DNA from: Azolla caroliniana
Lineage: Eukaryota > Plantae > Polypodiophyta
Assembly (NCBI GenBank): GCA_043228905.1
Contig: JBHGNT010000278.1
Span: forward strand, 1 to 40,297
Direction: 5' to 3'
Length of the DNA: 40,297 bases
The position numbers and the translations under genes are program-made. The notes beneath the pieces were generated by a model. The model was not told where the DNA came from and ran no database searches. It saw nothing but the letters and a program-made list of their open reading frames with translations. Shown here piece after piece: positions 11,201 through 23,053 of this stretch (the stretch's first letter is position 1; each line of letters begins with the position of its first letter).

Positions 11201-14200
11201 ATGAATTTTGAACCTTCTCTCTTGTGGTTATCATTGTTCGATTCATAGTGCATCATTCCTCCTCTTTCAAACATTCATATCAAGTATCCATAGCAAGCAA
11301 ACAATAATATGTCTAGACTCAACATGTTGCATGCTCACTCAACTTTGACTGTAGAACCTTTTTCTTCTGCGTATCTTTTTTCCTTCATTGTGCCATTTTA
11401 TGATTTGTGTATCCTTTGTAACTGTATCTTATGTATTGTTTGTAGGCTGGGGTGCCAGATGGCGTCTTAAATGTTCTACCTGGCTTCGGGGAGACCGCAG
11501 GAGCTGCGATTTCAGGCCATATGGACATAGACAAGGTAACAAACAAACAATACCATATGGTCAAATAGCTAATCTGTTTTAGAAACCCGCCCTTTTCTAT
11601 CTTTGTAGGTTGCCTTTACTGGGTCCACAGAGGTGGGTAGGCTCATTATGGAAGCAGCTGCTAAGAGTAACTTGAAACCGGTCACCCTAGAGCTCGGAGG
11701 TAAATCACCCTTGATCATCTGTGAAGATGCTGATCTGGATGTTGCGGTCGACATTGCCAGCTTTGGAATCTTCTTCAATATGGCAAGAACTCCACTATTA
11801 TTTATTCTACATCCATCTGAAGAGTCTGGGGGTTTTGTACACAGTGTGTATATTATAAACATTAATATGGTGTAGGACTTATAATTCTTGAGAAATGTTG
11901 TTTGGAAGTTAAAACCCAGCTTTGCCAATAGGATTGGTATTGGGACAAGCAATAACATCTGATTTGCTGGCATCAACTGTAGCATGATTTTGTCTTTAAC
12001 AAAAACAAATTGATGGGGAAAAATGGAAGGCCTCAGGAAAACAAATGAAATTTGAATAAAATTAAATGAAGTCTAAAGATAGAAGATAAAATATGAAGGA
12101 AAAGAATGAAATGAAAATGGAGGGAAAAGGAACTTTTAAATATGAATAAAGAAAAGGAAAAGAGAAATTTGAAGAAAGAAAATGAAAATTGACGGCAGAA
12201 ATAAAAAATTGGAATCCAAAGATAGAGCATGTAATTTGTTGTTATCATTTTCCTCAACCGTTAAGAGCACAAATCAGTGGGAAATGAAGATGGTCGTTAT
12301 GTGGACAGGGGCAATGTTGTGCCGCAGGAAGCAGGGTATTTGTACAAGAGAATGTCTATGAGGCTTTTTGCAAAAAGGCTGTGGAAAAGGCAAAGAGTTG
12401 CGTGGTTGGCGATCCATTCAAATCTGGAGTGGAGCATGGACCAATTGTAAGTGTGTATTTTTTGAATTCTTTTTATGTTGGAACATAAACAAAAGAAATA
12501 AATAAAGAACATTCATTATCAATCATTTTAATAGATGCGCGTAAACTTCGATATCAGAGTTCTTTCAATCACTTCAAAAATGAATATAGCCTTTAAGTTT
12601 CTATCTATCACTTGGAACCCAAGAAAAAGAAAGACTATAATCAGGTGGCACTTGAAAAGAGAATACAGTTTGTGAAGTATCTAGCAACCACTTAGACAAA
12701 AAATGCTACCAATCACTTAGGATTTTACAAAGATATAATGAATAGAACTGCTTGAAAAGTGGCTATAAGCAATGTCACATGAGATTCAGTTCTGATGCTT
12801 GAAAAGTGGATATAACCTAATGATGCCTCTTCTTATGACTTTTCTTCTAAACTTTATTATTACCAAAGAATCTCAATCTTGTTTGTTTATGGAACTTCAC
12901 CACCTCATGACATTGCTATATTGTTTGAAACTTCTTTTATCCTTATTCTTTCCCTTGGGTGAAAATATTGTTTGAAAATTATTTTGTTGGAATCAGACTC
13001 TTACTAATTTAATCAATAGATTAACATCTCTTGTATATATTTAGAGAGAGAGAGAAATTAAAATCTCTTGAGTTCTAGCAAGAAAAGTCCCTTGCATCAT
13101 TGGTTTTTGCATTCCATGATCTTGTGTTGCAGGCCAAATTCTTGTTTGAAGAGGCAGTGGTATCCCTTATTTCATAAAAAAATACCACAATGGAAAACAT
13201 AGTGATCTGCTGATTCCACTCCCAATGTCACATTCTTCATCTGATTCCACTCCCCATGTTAATATAATCTCTTTGTGACATCAACCTCTGTGAGCGATTT
13301 AAAAACCATTTAATGGGAAAAGAAAGATGTTCGTGCCTTTTTGCTAAAATACTGTTTGTCGGGTGCTAGGTGGATGAAACGCAATTCAACAAAGTATTGA
13401 GTTATATTGAGAGTGGCAAAGCCGAGGGTGCTAAATTATTGACTGGGGGAAACAGAATTGGGGACAAAGGCTATTACATAGAACCAACCATCTTTGGAGA
13501 TGTCAAAGTACAATAAAATAAGCTTTCTTCTGGAACATCCCATGTTCTTCTCTTTCTAATTTGTTAATTTTGTTTTGTTATTTTTACTTATTCCTTGTGT
13601 CCCTTTCTTTTCTGGTCTAAAAAGAGTGTATTTTGAACTGATTTGATCCTTGTAGGATGACATGAAGATCTGCCAGGATGAAATTTTTGGGCCAGTTATG
13701 TCTGTTCTAAAGTATAAGTAAGAGAACTTCCATGTAATTTCTTATGATGTCTTTTTGTTTTAATGCATTGAAACTTGGATGATCATTTCCACTGCATTTT
13801 AGTTATCTGGTTTTTTAGGACCTTTGATGCAATGAGATTTGTTGATGCATATTCATTTCTTGGCATTTTTTACAACCTTTTGATGGTGGCATAGGATCGA
13901 GCATATGATTTTCTTGGTTTATATTTTATTATGGCATTCAATGATATGAATATTATCCATTCTTTTCTTGGATTTTCTCTTATTAGGACCTTCGATGATG
14001 ATATTACCCATGCATTTTCTTGGCGTTTCTTACAATGACCATTTGATGATGAGCTTGCATTATTTTGCACATATGTTTATCTTGGCATTGTCTAAGAGTC
14101 TTTTGATGATTGAGATGATATGTGCATGTATGCTTTTTCTTGGGGGCTTTTGCTAGCACTTTGGATGAGGCAATAAAGAGGTCCAACGACACCACATATG

Positions 14201-14430
14201 GACTAGCCGCAGGGATCGTGACGAAGAACATTGACACTGCGAATAGGCTGTCAAGGTCGATTAAGGCTGGGACAGTGTGGATCAATTGTTACCACGTCTA
14301 TGATGTTGCACTGCCTTTCGGTGGATATCGAATGAGTGGGTTCGGCAGAGAGCATGGTATTCATGCCATTCTTAACTATATGCAACCCAAGGCTGTAATC
14401 ACTCCTCTCCATGATTCCCCTTGGCTGTAA
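8063..14430 (+). CDS. ALDH2: Aldehyde dehydrogenase family 2, probably cytosolic; 10 exons, 513 aa
   Basis: join(8063-8201,9319-9461,9604-9757,10152-10381,11446-11535,11609-11782,12309-12446,13370-13507,13656-13717,14157-14430) = 1542 nt, in frame. Motifs [61 protein letters not shown]; C-terminal SPWL. Confidence 0.96.
9319..9461 (+). CDS. ALDH2: ALDH2 exon 2
   Basis: [10 protein letters not shown]...[13 protein letters not shown]; CAG acceptor, GTATG donor. Confidence 0.93.
9604..9757 (+). CDS. ALDH2: ALDH2 exon 3
   Basis: [12 protein letters not shown]...ETIDNGKP...HLRITA. Confidence 0.92.
10152..10381 (+). CDS. ALDH2: ALDH2 exon 4
   Basis: GWADK...EPIGV...IPWNFP...KPAEQTP...LAKK. Confidence 0.94.
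10601..11092. mobile_element. hAT-type MITE family A, copy 1 (ALDH intron 4)
   Basis: TIR TAACAATCGGCAA / TTGCCGATTGTTA; perfect 8-bp TSD CTGACTGG (10593-10600, 11093-11100); many subterminal AACCG/CGGTT-like motifs. Confidence 0.93.
11446..11535 (+). CDS. ALDH2: ALDH2 exon 5
   Basis: [30 protein letters not shown]. Confidence 0.94.
11609..11782 (+). CDS. ALDH2: ALDH2 exon 6 (followed by a GC donor)
   Basis: [10 protein letters not shown]...LELGGKSP...IFFNM; donor ATG|GCAAG. Confidence 0.92.
12309..12446 (+). CDS. ALDH2: ALDH2 exon 7 (catalytic Cys)
   Basis: [14 protein letters not shown]...VGDPF...HGPI; GTAAG donor. Confidence 0.93.
13370..13507 (+). CDS. ALDH2: ALDH2 exon 8
   Basis: [21 protein letters not shown]...[13 protein letters not shown]. 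Confidence 0.93.
13656..13717 (+). CDS. ALDH2: ALDH2 exon 9
   Basis: [20 protein letters not shown]; GTAAG donor. Confidence 0.93.
14157..14430 (+). CDS. ALDH2: ALDH2 exon 10
   Basis: [19 protein letters not shown]...[13 protein letters not shown]...SPWL stop. Confidence 0.94.
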
Positions 14431-14899
14431 CTACTTGTGCAAAACTTAGTATAGTTTCATTCCATTGTTTTGCATAGCACCTTTCTTTTATTAACCGATC
14501 TTATTGAATCCTAGGGAAGAAAATCAGTGTTCCTTGTTTTTTTTGTGCTCTTATGTATGTCCGATATATTTATGTATATTCTATGAATGTTGATTCACAT
14601 CACTTTTGAATTTAACTAGGGATTTTACACCATTTCAAATTTAGTGCCTTCAAAATTGGGATTTATAGGTGGTGATTTTATTTAATTTTCTAGTCCATGG
14701 AATGATTTTCCTCACATTGAGTGCAACATTTTGTATCCAAAAATTGGGAATCATTTATGTTCTTTTATTGAGTGTTTGGTGTAATGTTTCCAAATATAAG
14801 AGGTTCAACAACATTGTATTAGGAATTTTGTTGCATGTATTTTATCCTCCAATTTTTTAGATACCCACTCACTAAGTTTGACGTGAGAGATTTCCACCC

Positions 14900-16177
14900 T
14901 ATTAGATATCTAAGGTGACAAGTTACAACTAATCATACAATGATGTCCTATCCTTCTTGACCACCTTAACCCTAACACATATTGTTTTGTATACATAAAA
15001 TGAGGACAAATGTGTGATATTACTCTCAACCTTGAAGCATTTGAAAACATTTTTTATATATGTTTTGTCTTACTAATATTTTCATGATTAAGTGTCAAAA
15101 ACACGACATAGGCATCTATGAGAGCTTGAACAATACATGGTTTCTCTAATGGTAACCTCAATCCAAGCAATTTTTGCTCCACAACCATATTGTGTAATTT
15201 GACAAGAATAAGATGTGTCCCAATATTGAGTAGTAGGGGACTAACTAGGCATCCATGTCTAATTGATTTGCAAATAGAAATAGGTTGGGTTACTCCTCCA
15301 ATAAACACCATATGTGAAACAAAATTCACCCCTAATGTGTATATCAACTTAGATGTATGATCACCAAAACTATATGAGACATTAATTAATTTATAAACAA
15401 CAAATCCAATTTATCATATGCCTGTCAAGATCCACTTGTAAAACACTAATTCTTATTTAGTTTCTTTTGCATAACCAATTGTCATTTGAACATTCAAAAT
15501 GTTATGTAAAATATCTCTTCTTGATAAGAACTTATATTTAGGATTATGAATTATAGAAGGCAAAAATGTAATCCATTGGCCATCACTAAATCTTGTACAT
15601 TACCCCCATAATGGAAATAGGTCTCCATTGAACAAAGCAAACTAGAGAAGGGACCTTTAGCCAAAGCTTATCAAACCAATCTTCCAAGGATGAGGCATTT
15701 CCCCTTATTGTAAAAGGCTCCTTTACCTTAATAAAGAGTTCATTTGTTAATACATCCTACCGAGGACTCTTATCATTAGCAAGATGTGACATGACCATAG
15801 TTCCTAATATTCGCGTACGTCCAATTTACTGGACGTACGCGAACGTTTGCAAACGTACGCGTATGATACGCGATATTCGTTTGGCTTTTTTTTTTTTTTT
15901 GACTTTTTTTTGGGTTTTTTTTTTTTGATATTCATAATATTTTGTGAATAGAAGTGACATCTGACATACATACACACACACTCTCTCTCTCTCACACGAG
16001 AACTGACAGATTTTCTCTCTCTACAAAATCTAGATATCTAATATACATATTACATACTCCCTCACACAGACAAAACCCATAGCTCCTCTCTCTCTCTCTC
16101 TCTCTCTAGAGTCTAGATATACACTCAATCACTGTCTCCTCACACATGCAAAACAGGGCTTCTCTCTCTAGACCACA

Positions 16178-16210
<33 letters not shown>

Positions 16211-16950
16211 CCTCACACACACACACACTATGTACACCATATACACCATATGTATATATAATATATCTATGTACCGCGTATGGATTTCAATCATACTTGG
16301 AGCCTTTTCACGTATGAGTATGATACGAATATTGGCGTTTGAGTATGACACGAATGGGACGTATGGCTAGAACTATGGACATGACATGTCCCACCTCATC
16401 CTTTGAAATATCAACATTGTGCGATACATGGTTTTTTGCACCTTCGAAAAAAACATATTTATCCTTTTCATTATCATCATCAATACACTTGTACATATTG
16501 TATATTTCACATATTTCTTCACAATTTCTTGAGGATTGAAACACATCATACCAACCTCCACTAACATTACAACATTATGTCTTTTATGTGATTCATGAAG
16601 ATCATGAACAAATTATTTGATTGACAATTAGCATCTCCACTTCTTTTCTTAGATGATGTGGTCTACCTTGTTGATAATTTTTCATTGTAAGATCATGTAT
16701 TGAAAAAATTAATATCTCTTAATATCCCATCAACTGTGCATCACTTTCCCAATAAATTAACAATCTTACATTTATCAAGAAGATTAACTGTGAGACTTAA
16801 TTTCTTTCTCATTCTAAAGGCATGATGAATTCCATAAAATCTAGTTAACTTGCAAACATTCGTAACAAATACTTCCCATGTTTCATACCCATTAAACTGA
16901 ATATGATAAGCAAAAATATAAGCACGTGGTTGTTATATGAAATGTAAATC
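14900..16950 (-). mobile_element. Heavily decayed L1-type LINE RT fragment, interrupted by a MITE
   Basis: ISKDEVGHVM|SHLANDKSP..D.LTNELF reads through once the MITE and one TSD copy are removed; also WRPISIMG and SIRHGCLVSPLL. Boundaries approximate. Confidence 0.72.
15796..16377. mobile_element. hAT-type non-autonomous element, family B
   Basis: TIR CATAGTTC / GAACTATG; perfect 8-bp TSD GACATGAC (15788-15795, 16378-16385); CG-rich subterminal TACG/CGTA motifs. Confidence 0.9.
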
Positions 16951-17398
16951 ATTCGACTATGTTGTCTTGGTCATATTTTGTGTGTATAGATTGTATATAC
17001 GTTATGTATGCGTATGAGTTTTATGACTCTATTGCGTATTACATATGTTATTACATTATTTGCAATTGATATTATATAAGTGTAATATGTGACGTGTGTC
17101 ATACATGTATGAAGTCAATACCTCAATTCCGTATTGCATAGACTTTTATTTTTTGGATGTTGGGTGTGTGTAGAGTTCACAAGCCTCGATTACTTATCTC
17201 GATTACATCGTCATTGGTTTATGTTTTTGTTAATGATTCTTTAATATATATATATATGTATATGTATATGTATGATCACATGTATATGTATGTTATCTTA
17301 TACATGTCGTAAATATGTAATATATATGTTAGGAATATGTTACATTATATTAGCATGTCAAATGGTGTCCTTTTTTAGGTTAGGATCATGGTGGTCAT

Positions 17399-17903
17399 TA
17401 TCAATCAGCAACGGTTCAACTTAAACCGAATTGAACCACGAATACGTGGCTTAACGGCTTAACCGTTTAAACAGTTCAATTCGTTTCAGTTTGAGCCTTT
17501 ATCTACTTAATGGTTTCTCGTTTAAATAGTTTGAAACCGTGGTTCAAACGGTTTGAGAGTTTAGGATTGACCTTGATCATTTTTTAAATATTCTTTTGAA
17601 CTTTTTAAGCCTAATTATAATATTTTAAGAAAAAACTTTAAATTTTGAAATATATAATTTTTTAAATTAAAATGTGAAAATTTGAATTTTGACCTAACTT
17701 GAAAACTGAAATTGAACCACAAACCGTGGTTTTTACGGTTTGAGAATCTCTAAAACCGTTTGGTTTGAGCTTGATTTTTTGTAACAATTTGATTAAATGG
17801 TTTCGGTTTAGTTTGGTTTAAGTTTCAAAATTTTTAAACAATTCAGTTTAAAATTATTTCAGTTGGACACTCTCGAACTGAACTGAACCATTGTCGATTG
17901 TTA
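17399..17903. mobile_element. hAT-type MITE family A, copy 2
   Basis: TIR TATCAATCAGCAA / TTGTCGATTGTTA; TSD GTGGTCAT / GCGGTCAT; colinear with 10601-11092. Confidence 0.9.
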
Positions 17904-18465
17904 GCGGTCATCTTCACATTTTTGTGGGGAAGGCATAGTCACCATCCTTTTTTAACAAAATATTTGCTATTACCCTTAGTTGTTGTATGTAACAATTAAG
18001 CAAGCATGGGCACAAGGATGTGCGTGCATGAAAGATGCCTCTAACACGTGGTCACACAACCATTCCTCACCTATTTGAGGGGTTAAGGGCAATTCATAAG
18101 GTGGCCTTTATGAAACTTGCATCCAATATCCCACACTCGTTGCATGATTACAAGGCCACCACGAGACCATCATTACAAATGGCATTCATGATGACCATGT
18201 AATAGGCCACATGGGCCAATTGCAAAAAAGAGGGTTAGTGCTGGCTTGGCCATTAGATTGCTTTCTTATTGTTTGCCGTTGTAATGACAAGACCTGAGGT
18301 TGGGTAATGTACGAGCATAGTTTTCTAGTCATAATGGGGCGAAATAAAATAGAAAAGGATTGGGGTGCAAACGTTTTTATCTCATAGAAATTAATATAAA
18401 AATTAATTAATTATATGACCATTTTGTTACCCATAGAGTCTTTGTGTGAAAGGCATTGTTGTAAG

Positions 18466-19387
18466 CATAGTATGTAAAATTCGTGTTTGTCTACCATATC
18501 ATTCGTTTTCCTACGTTGGAAAACGAACACGAATGATATTCAAATATTCGTGTGTTTTTTTTTTTCCTTTTTTTTTTGTTTTTTCCCTCTTTTTTCCCCT
18601 TTCCCCCCTTTTCCTCGGGACATTAATGTAACGTTACGCTCTCCTCTCCTCTCCCACCTAGCCTCGAACGATTTGTTGCTTGAACGATCTGCATACCAAC
18701 GAGATTCAACTATATTTAGGGTTAATAATAGGGTTTAAAGTTGTTTAAATTTTAGGTCATAGTATGTACTATGTAGTATGTGCTATGCAGTATAGAAATT
18801 TATATAATTGTTTTGTAATTTCTTTGAAATTTCTGTAATTTCTGTTATCTCTTTGTAATTTCTATCATTTTTGTAATTTCTTTATAAGTTTTGAAATTTC
18901 TATATCATTTCTTTGTGATTTTTGTAAATTTTCTTTTATTTGTTCTATAATTTCTGTAATTATTCTATAAAGCTTGTAATTGCTTTAATTTTTCTATAAT
19001 TTCTATCATTTTGAAAATGAGAGCCTCACCAATGTGATGGCTTATCTTGATGATGATTTTGAAGATGAGGATGATGATTTTGAAGATGATGATATCACCT
19101 TGAATGAAGATTACGAATGTTCATTTTGATGTAACACCTCATTGAGAATATTTTTGAAGACTAGGCATTTTGGATAGTTGTTATTAGAATTTACGAAAAA
19201 AAACATATTGTTATTAAGAAGGTAATGTGTTTTTTTTTTGCAATTTAAAAAAAAAATTTACCATGAAAAAATCTTTACCTTATAGTAAATCATTTATCCA
19301 AAAGTATGATATTTATCATTCTTTGAGGGTGTTTACCATTCTCGACCACGAATGCACGAAAAAATGGTACGTATGGTTCATACTATG
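18466..19387. mobile_element. hAT-type non-autonomous element, family C
   Basis: TIR CATAGTATG / CATACTATG; TSD GTTGTAAG / GTTGTAAC; subterminal TTCG/ACGAA motifs; internal acidic-coding remnant near 19014-19130. Confidence 0.82.
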
Positions 19388-19655
19388 GTTGTAACTTGTA
19401 AGTGTATGTGTAATGCGCACAAGAGTGAGTAAGCAAGTTCATATGTGTATGAACACATGCACATGTTTGCGCATGTATGTAGTCTGTAGATATGAAAGAG
19501 TGTGAGTGAATTGTGTGTGTGAATGGATAGATGGATATGCACCCCTATGTATCTTATTGATGCATACCCTCATTGTACTATTTAACCCCATATGGTGCAT
19601 GCATGAATGAAAAACAAAAAGTTCTATCTTTGACATCTCTCCCTCTCTCTCTGCT

Positions 19656-19908
19656 TCACGTTCAACCCCTTGGGAGGGGGGTGGAGCCATTCTAGGTTCC
19701 ACCCGCCACCCCATTATCACATGGCAACAACCATTCATAAACAATTTTTTGGCGACAACAACGGCGAACCACCTTTGGAAGAAGACGATGAATTATACGC
19801 AGTGGCGGCAATGTGCGAGAGAGCGGTCCCTCACACTCAACCCCTATGGAGAGGGGTAGAACCATTCTAGGTCCCACCCCCTACCCCATTATCACATGGT
19901 GATAGCCA
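19656..19908. repeat. Pair of about 65-75 bp direct repeats with a GC-richer spacer
   Basis: tcaacccct...ccattctaggt.ccaccc...accccattatcacatgg at 19662-19724 and 19837-19899. Confidence 0.8.
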
Positions 19909-22250
19909 CATTCAATATGATCAGCCCATTTGGTTAGCTCAAGTGTTTAATGTCTTTGTTCTTAAGTTTATGAGTTCAAATGTGACTAAGACCAAACAAC
20001 AATATTGTTATTATGACTATAAAACATGTTTAAACTTTAGGTGTAAGTGCAATTCAGACTCTTCGTTATAATATATTAAATTCTTAGAATACATGTAGAA
20101 TACATATGCTAAATATTCTAAATTGTTTTAAAATATATGTAGAGTACGTATTTTATAGATAAAATATGTTAAATACTTAGAATACATGCGCCATACTTTA
20201 AATACATGTAAAATACGTTAAAAATTTCTTAAAATTTAAAGTTTTTTAAGCAAATAGTAGTTGTTATGTTTTAACTTTTTGGAAATTTTAAATACTTGTT
20301 AAATATGTATAAATTATAATACGTCGAATACTTACAATACGTAAAATACTTAGAACACAAAATATATGAAATATTATACCATGGCAGTTCTAAAATGTAG
20401 AATATGGTCAGAATACTTCAATGTATTCTAAAATGTAGAATACATGTTATTTACAACTATGATTGGTGGGCATAAAGATTAAGTTTATTTTTACCATTTT
20501 TTCGTGTATAAACTATTCATGAGGCTAACAAACATGGTTGAGCATCTGGGAACTACCATGGAAAAAGTCAATATAAAGTTTAGGACAAGTCATTTATTTC
20601 TCACCCCCATGGTTTTTAAACACCTTTGTGTTACCATAGTTACTTGATTGTGAACCTCATCTAATACATCTAAAGGGGTCCTACGTGAGATCAAAATATT
20701 GATTAATGTTTTTACATGGATTTTTTTGCATCATGACATTTGTTATGCCTATTTGTTTGACCCTGTCCTATTTTTTGCCATATATCATATTTTTATGGCT
20801 CATAATAATGACCATCCAATGGCAACCTCTCAAGCAAAGGGGATTCAAGGAACTACTCTTGTGGCAATCCCAATTGAGGCATATTTTTTACAAATACAAA
20901 AAATTCTTAATTCTACCTTGAATGAGATTTCCGAACCCCCGCAATCTCATGGAGCTCTTGAAGCATGTGTCATTAGTATACAACAAGATGCTAATAGTTT
21001 GGACAAATGTCAAAGTAAACCATCATTTATCATCAAGCCATTTACGAGACAAAAAAATGGGAGAATCGAATAAGCAATCTACACGTGACTTGGCAGATAG
21101 GAGTCTCATTTTGAGCTCATTCCAAGTTGGATAGTACAATTTTTACAATCTCCACTTGTACCAAAGCAACACAAGCACTAGTGAGCCTCTCGAGGATTAT
21201 GTTCACCATGCTATAACCCAAACTTAAAAATCGGGTTTGGAAGAGGATAGTTAATTGCTTGTTTTGTCAATGGATCGTTAATTCAGACCATCATTCAATA
21301 GTGCATAATAAGGATCCAAAATCCTTCAAAAGAGGTCATTGAAATTGTTCTTCATTGTCCACACACTTTGAAGAAGGACCATAATAAACCTGAATCAACC
21401 AGGACCAAGCAATCACAAATTGCTAGGAAAACACAGAAGACCTAACGAATTCCTGGATCGTGATTTTAAGTGACAAAATCAATTTTGTGTGTTTTGAAAA
21501 AAGAAGGGTCACACAAAAGAGCAATGTTGGAAGCTCCAACACAAAGAGCACAACAACAAACACAAAGTTGCAAACAATAAAGGTTAGATTCTTGAAGTTC
21601 TTGAGATCTATGCACATCATTGAAGTTATTGTAAATGTACTTTCCCTCACCATGTATTTGGACCCAATGATTTACTACATACAAATGGGTATATCAATGG
21701 ATCTCCAATACCGTTCTTGTTTGGTTTTGGAAACTCACATAATTTCTTGACTAGTCGTTGGGTTTAGATATTGGTATTTCAATTCACCATATGTGATTAC
21801 ACCTATAAGGTGCACTTGGCTAATGGAATAGTGCAATACATCAACAAGGCGATTCATTCATTGGTAATTTACATAAATAGTTATGTAGAGTAAGTAGATT
21901 TCTATGTAATGAATCTTCATACCGCCAATGTAATATTGGGTTACCTTTGGTTCTTTAATAAAAATTCATCTTTATCTATTGATTGGGTTCACCATTCAAT
22001 AACATTTATACTAAATGATTGTACCAAATTTATTCAATGTGTTAAAAAATAATCTCCTTATGTCATTTCCTTGCACTTCGCAGAATCACTTGTATGCATC
22101 AATGGAAAATTTCCTCCCATCGATCTCATTAGCCTAGAGTCCGAACCAATGTATACCCTTTTGGTGGGAAATCGGGTAATGGCAATTGTCAAACACCTTC
22201 GAGCTACTAACTTACTTCTAACTTGCTTAACTTTGTCAATTAGTGCTTAG

Positions 22251-22281
<31 letters not shown>

Positions 22282-22457
22282 TCAAAAAAGATTTGTTTTA
22301 TTTTTACTTTTGATGACTAAGTACACATCCCATTTTGTCGTAACTAATTGTATCATGGACCAAATTTGTTCTTAGAAGACGTTATTATATCTTTTTTTCT
22401 TTCTTTCTTTATGTGTATGGTCATTTCAGGTCAGAGAATTTGAAGGTATATCAGAAG

Positions 22458-22863
22458 TAACAATCAGCAACGTTTTAGTTTGAACGGAACTGAACCACGA
22501 AACCATGGCTTAACGGCTTAATGGTTTCAACAGTTCAGTTTGGTTTCAACAGTCAAAAACTGTGGTTTAAACGATTTTTTTTTAAAATTGTTTTTAAACA
22601 ATCTTTTCATTTTTAGACCTTATTCTCACATTGTAGGAACATCTTTAAAATTTTAAAATAATGAAATATTGTAAATTTAAAAAATTAAACTTTGACCTAA
22701 GTTGAAAACCGAAACCAAACCACAAAACCGCGGTTTGTACGGTTTGAAAAATGTTTAACGGTTTCATGGTTTGGTTCAGGTTAAAGAAAAAAAAAACAGT
22801 TCGGTTCCAAACCGGTTCGGTTTGGACCCTCTCAAACCGGAACCGAACCGTTGCTGATTGTTA
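22458..22863. mobile_element. hAT-type MITE family A, copy 3
   Basis: TIR TAACAATCAGCAACG / CGTTGCTGATTGTTA; TSD ATCAGAAG / ATGGGAAG. Confidence 0.9.
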
Positions 22864-22971
22864 ATGGGAAGAGGAGGGGGCTTTTCTTTCTTTCTTTCAA
22901 GAATCTAGTTAAAACCCAAAAGTAAGAGCAAATCTTTGCCTAATCATAATTTACAATATTCTTAAAAATAG

Positions 22972-23053
22972 CCTCTCGTCTCTCGTCTCTCTCTCTCTCT
23001 CTCAGGAGTCAGGTTTTAGTTAGGGTTTAGCAGTAGACGACGAAGAAACAGCT
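22972..23053 (+). promoter_or_regulatory. CT-rich leader with telo-box upstream of the orphan ORF
   Basis: (CT)n tract to 23003; telo-box TAGGGTTT 23021-23028. Confidence 0.5.

Noticed and set aside
12033-12257. Phe-rich minus strand ORF
   Set aside because: Low-complexity by-product of the purine-rich ALDH intron.
19925-19995. Third tRNA/SINE-like head (TAGCTCAAGTG...GAGTTCAAAT)
   Set aside because: Too degenerate, with no stems, TSD or tail; could be chance in AT-rich DNA.
20060-20460. Array of AGAATAC/AAATAC motifs as a CRISPR-like or satellite array
   Set aside because: Irregular, extremely AT-rich low complexity; no constant repeat-spacer structure, and the context is eukaryotic.
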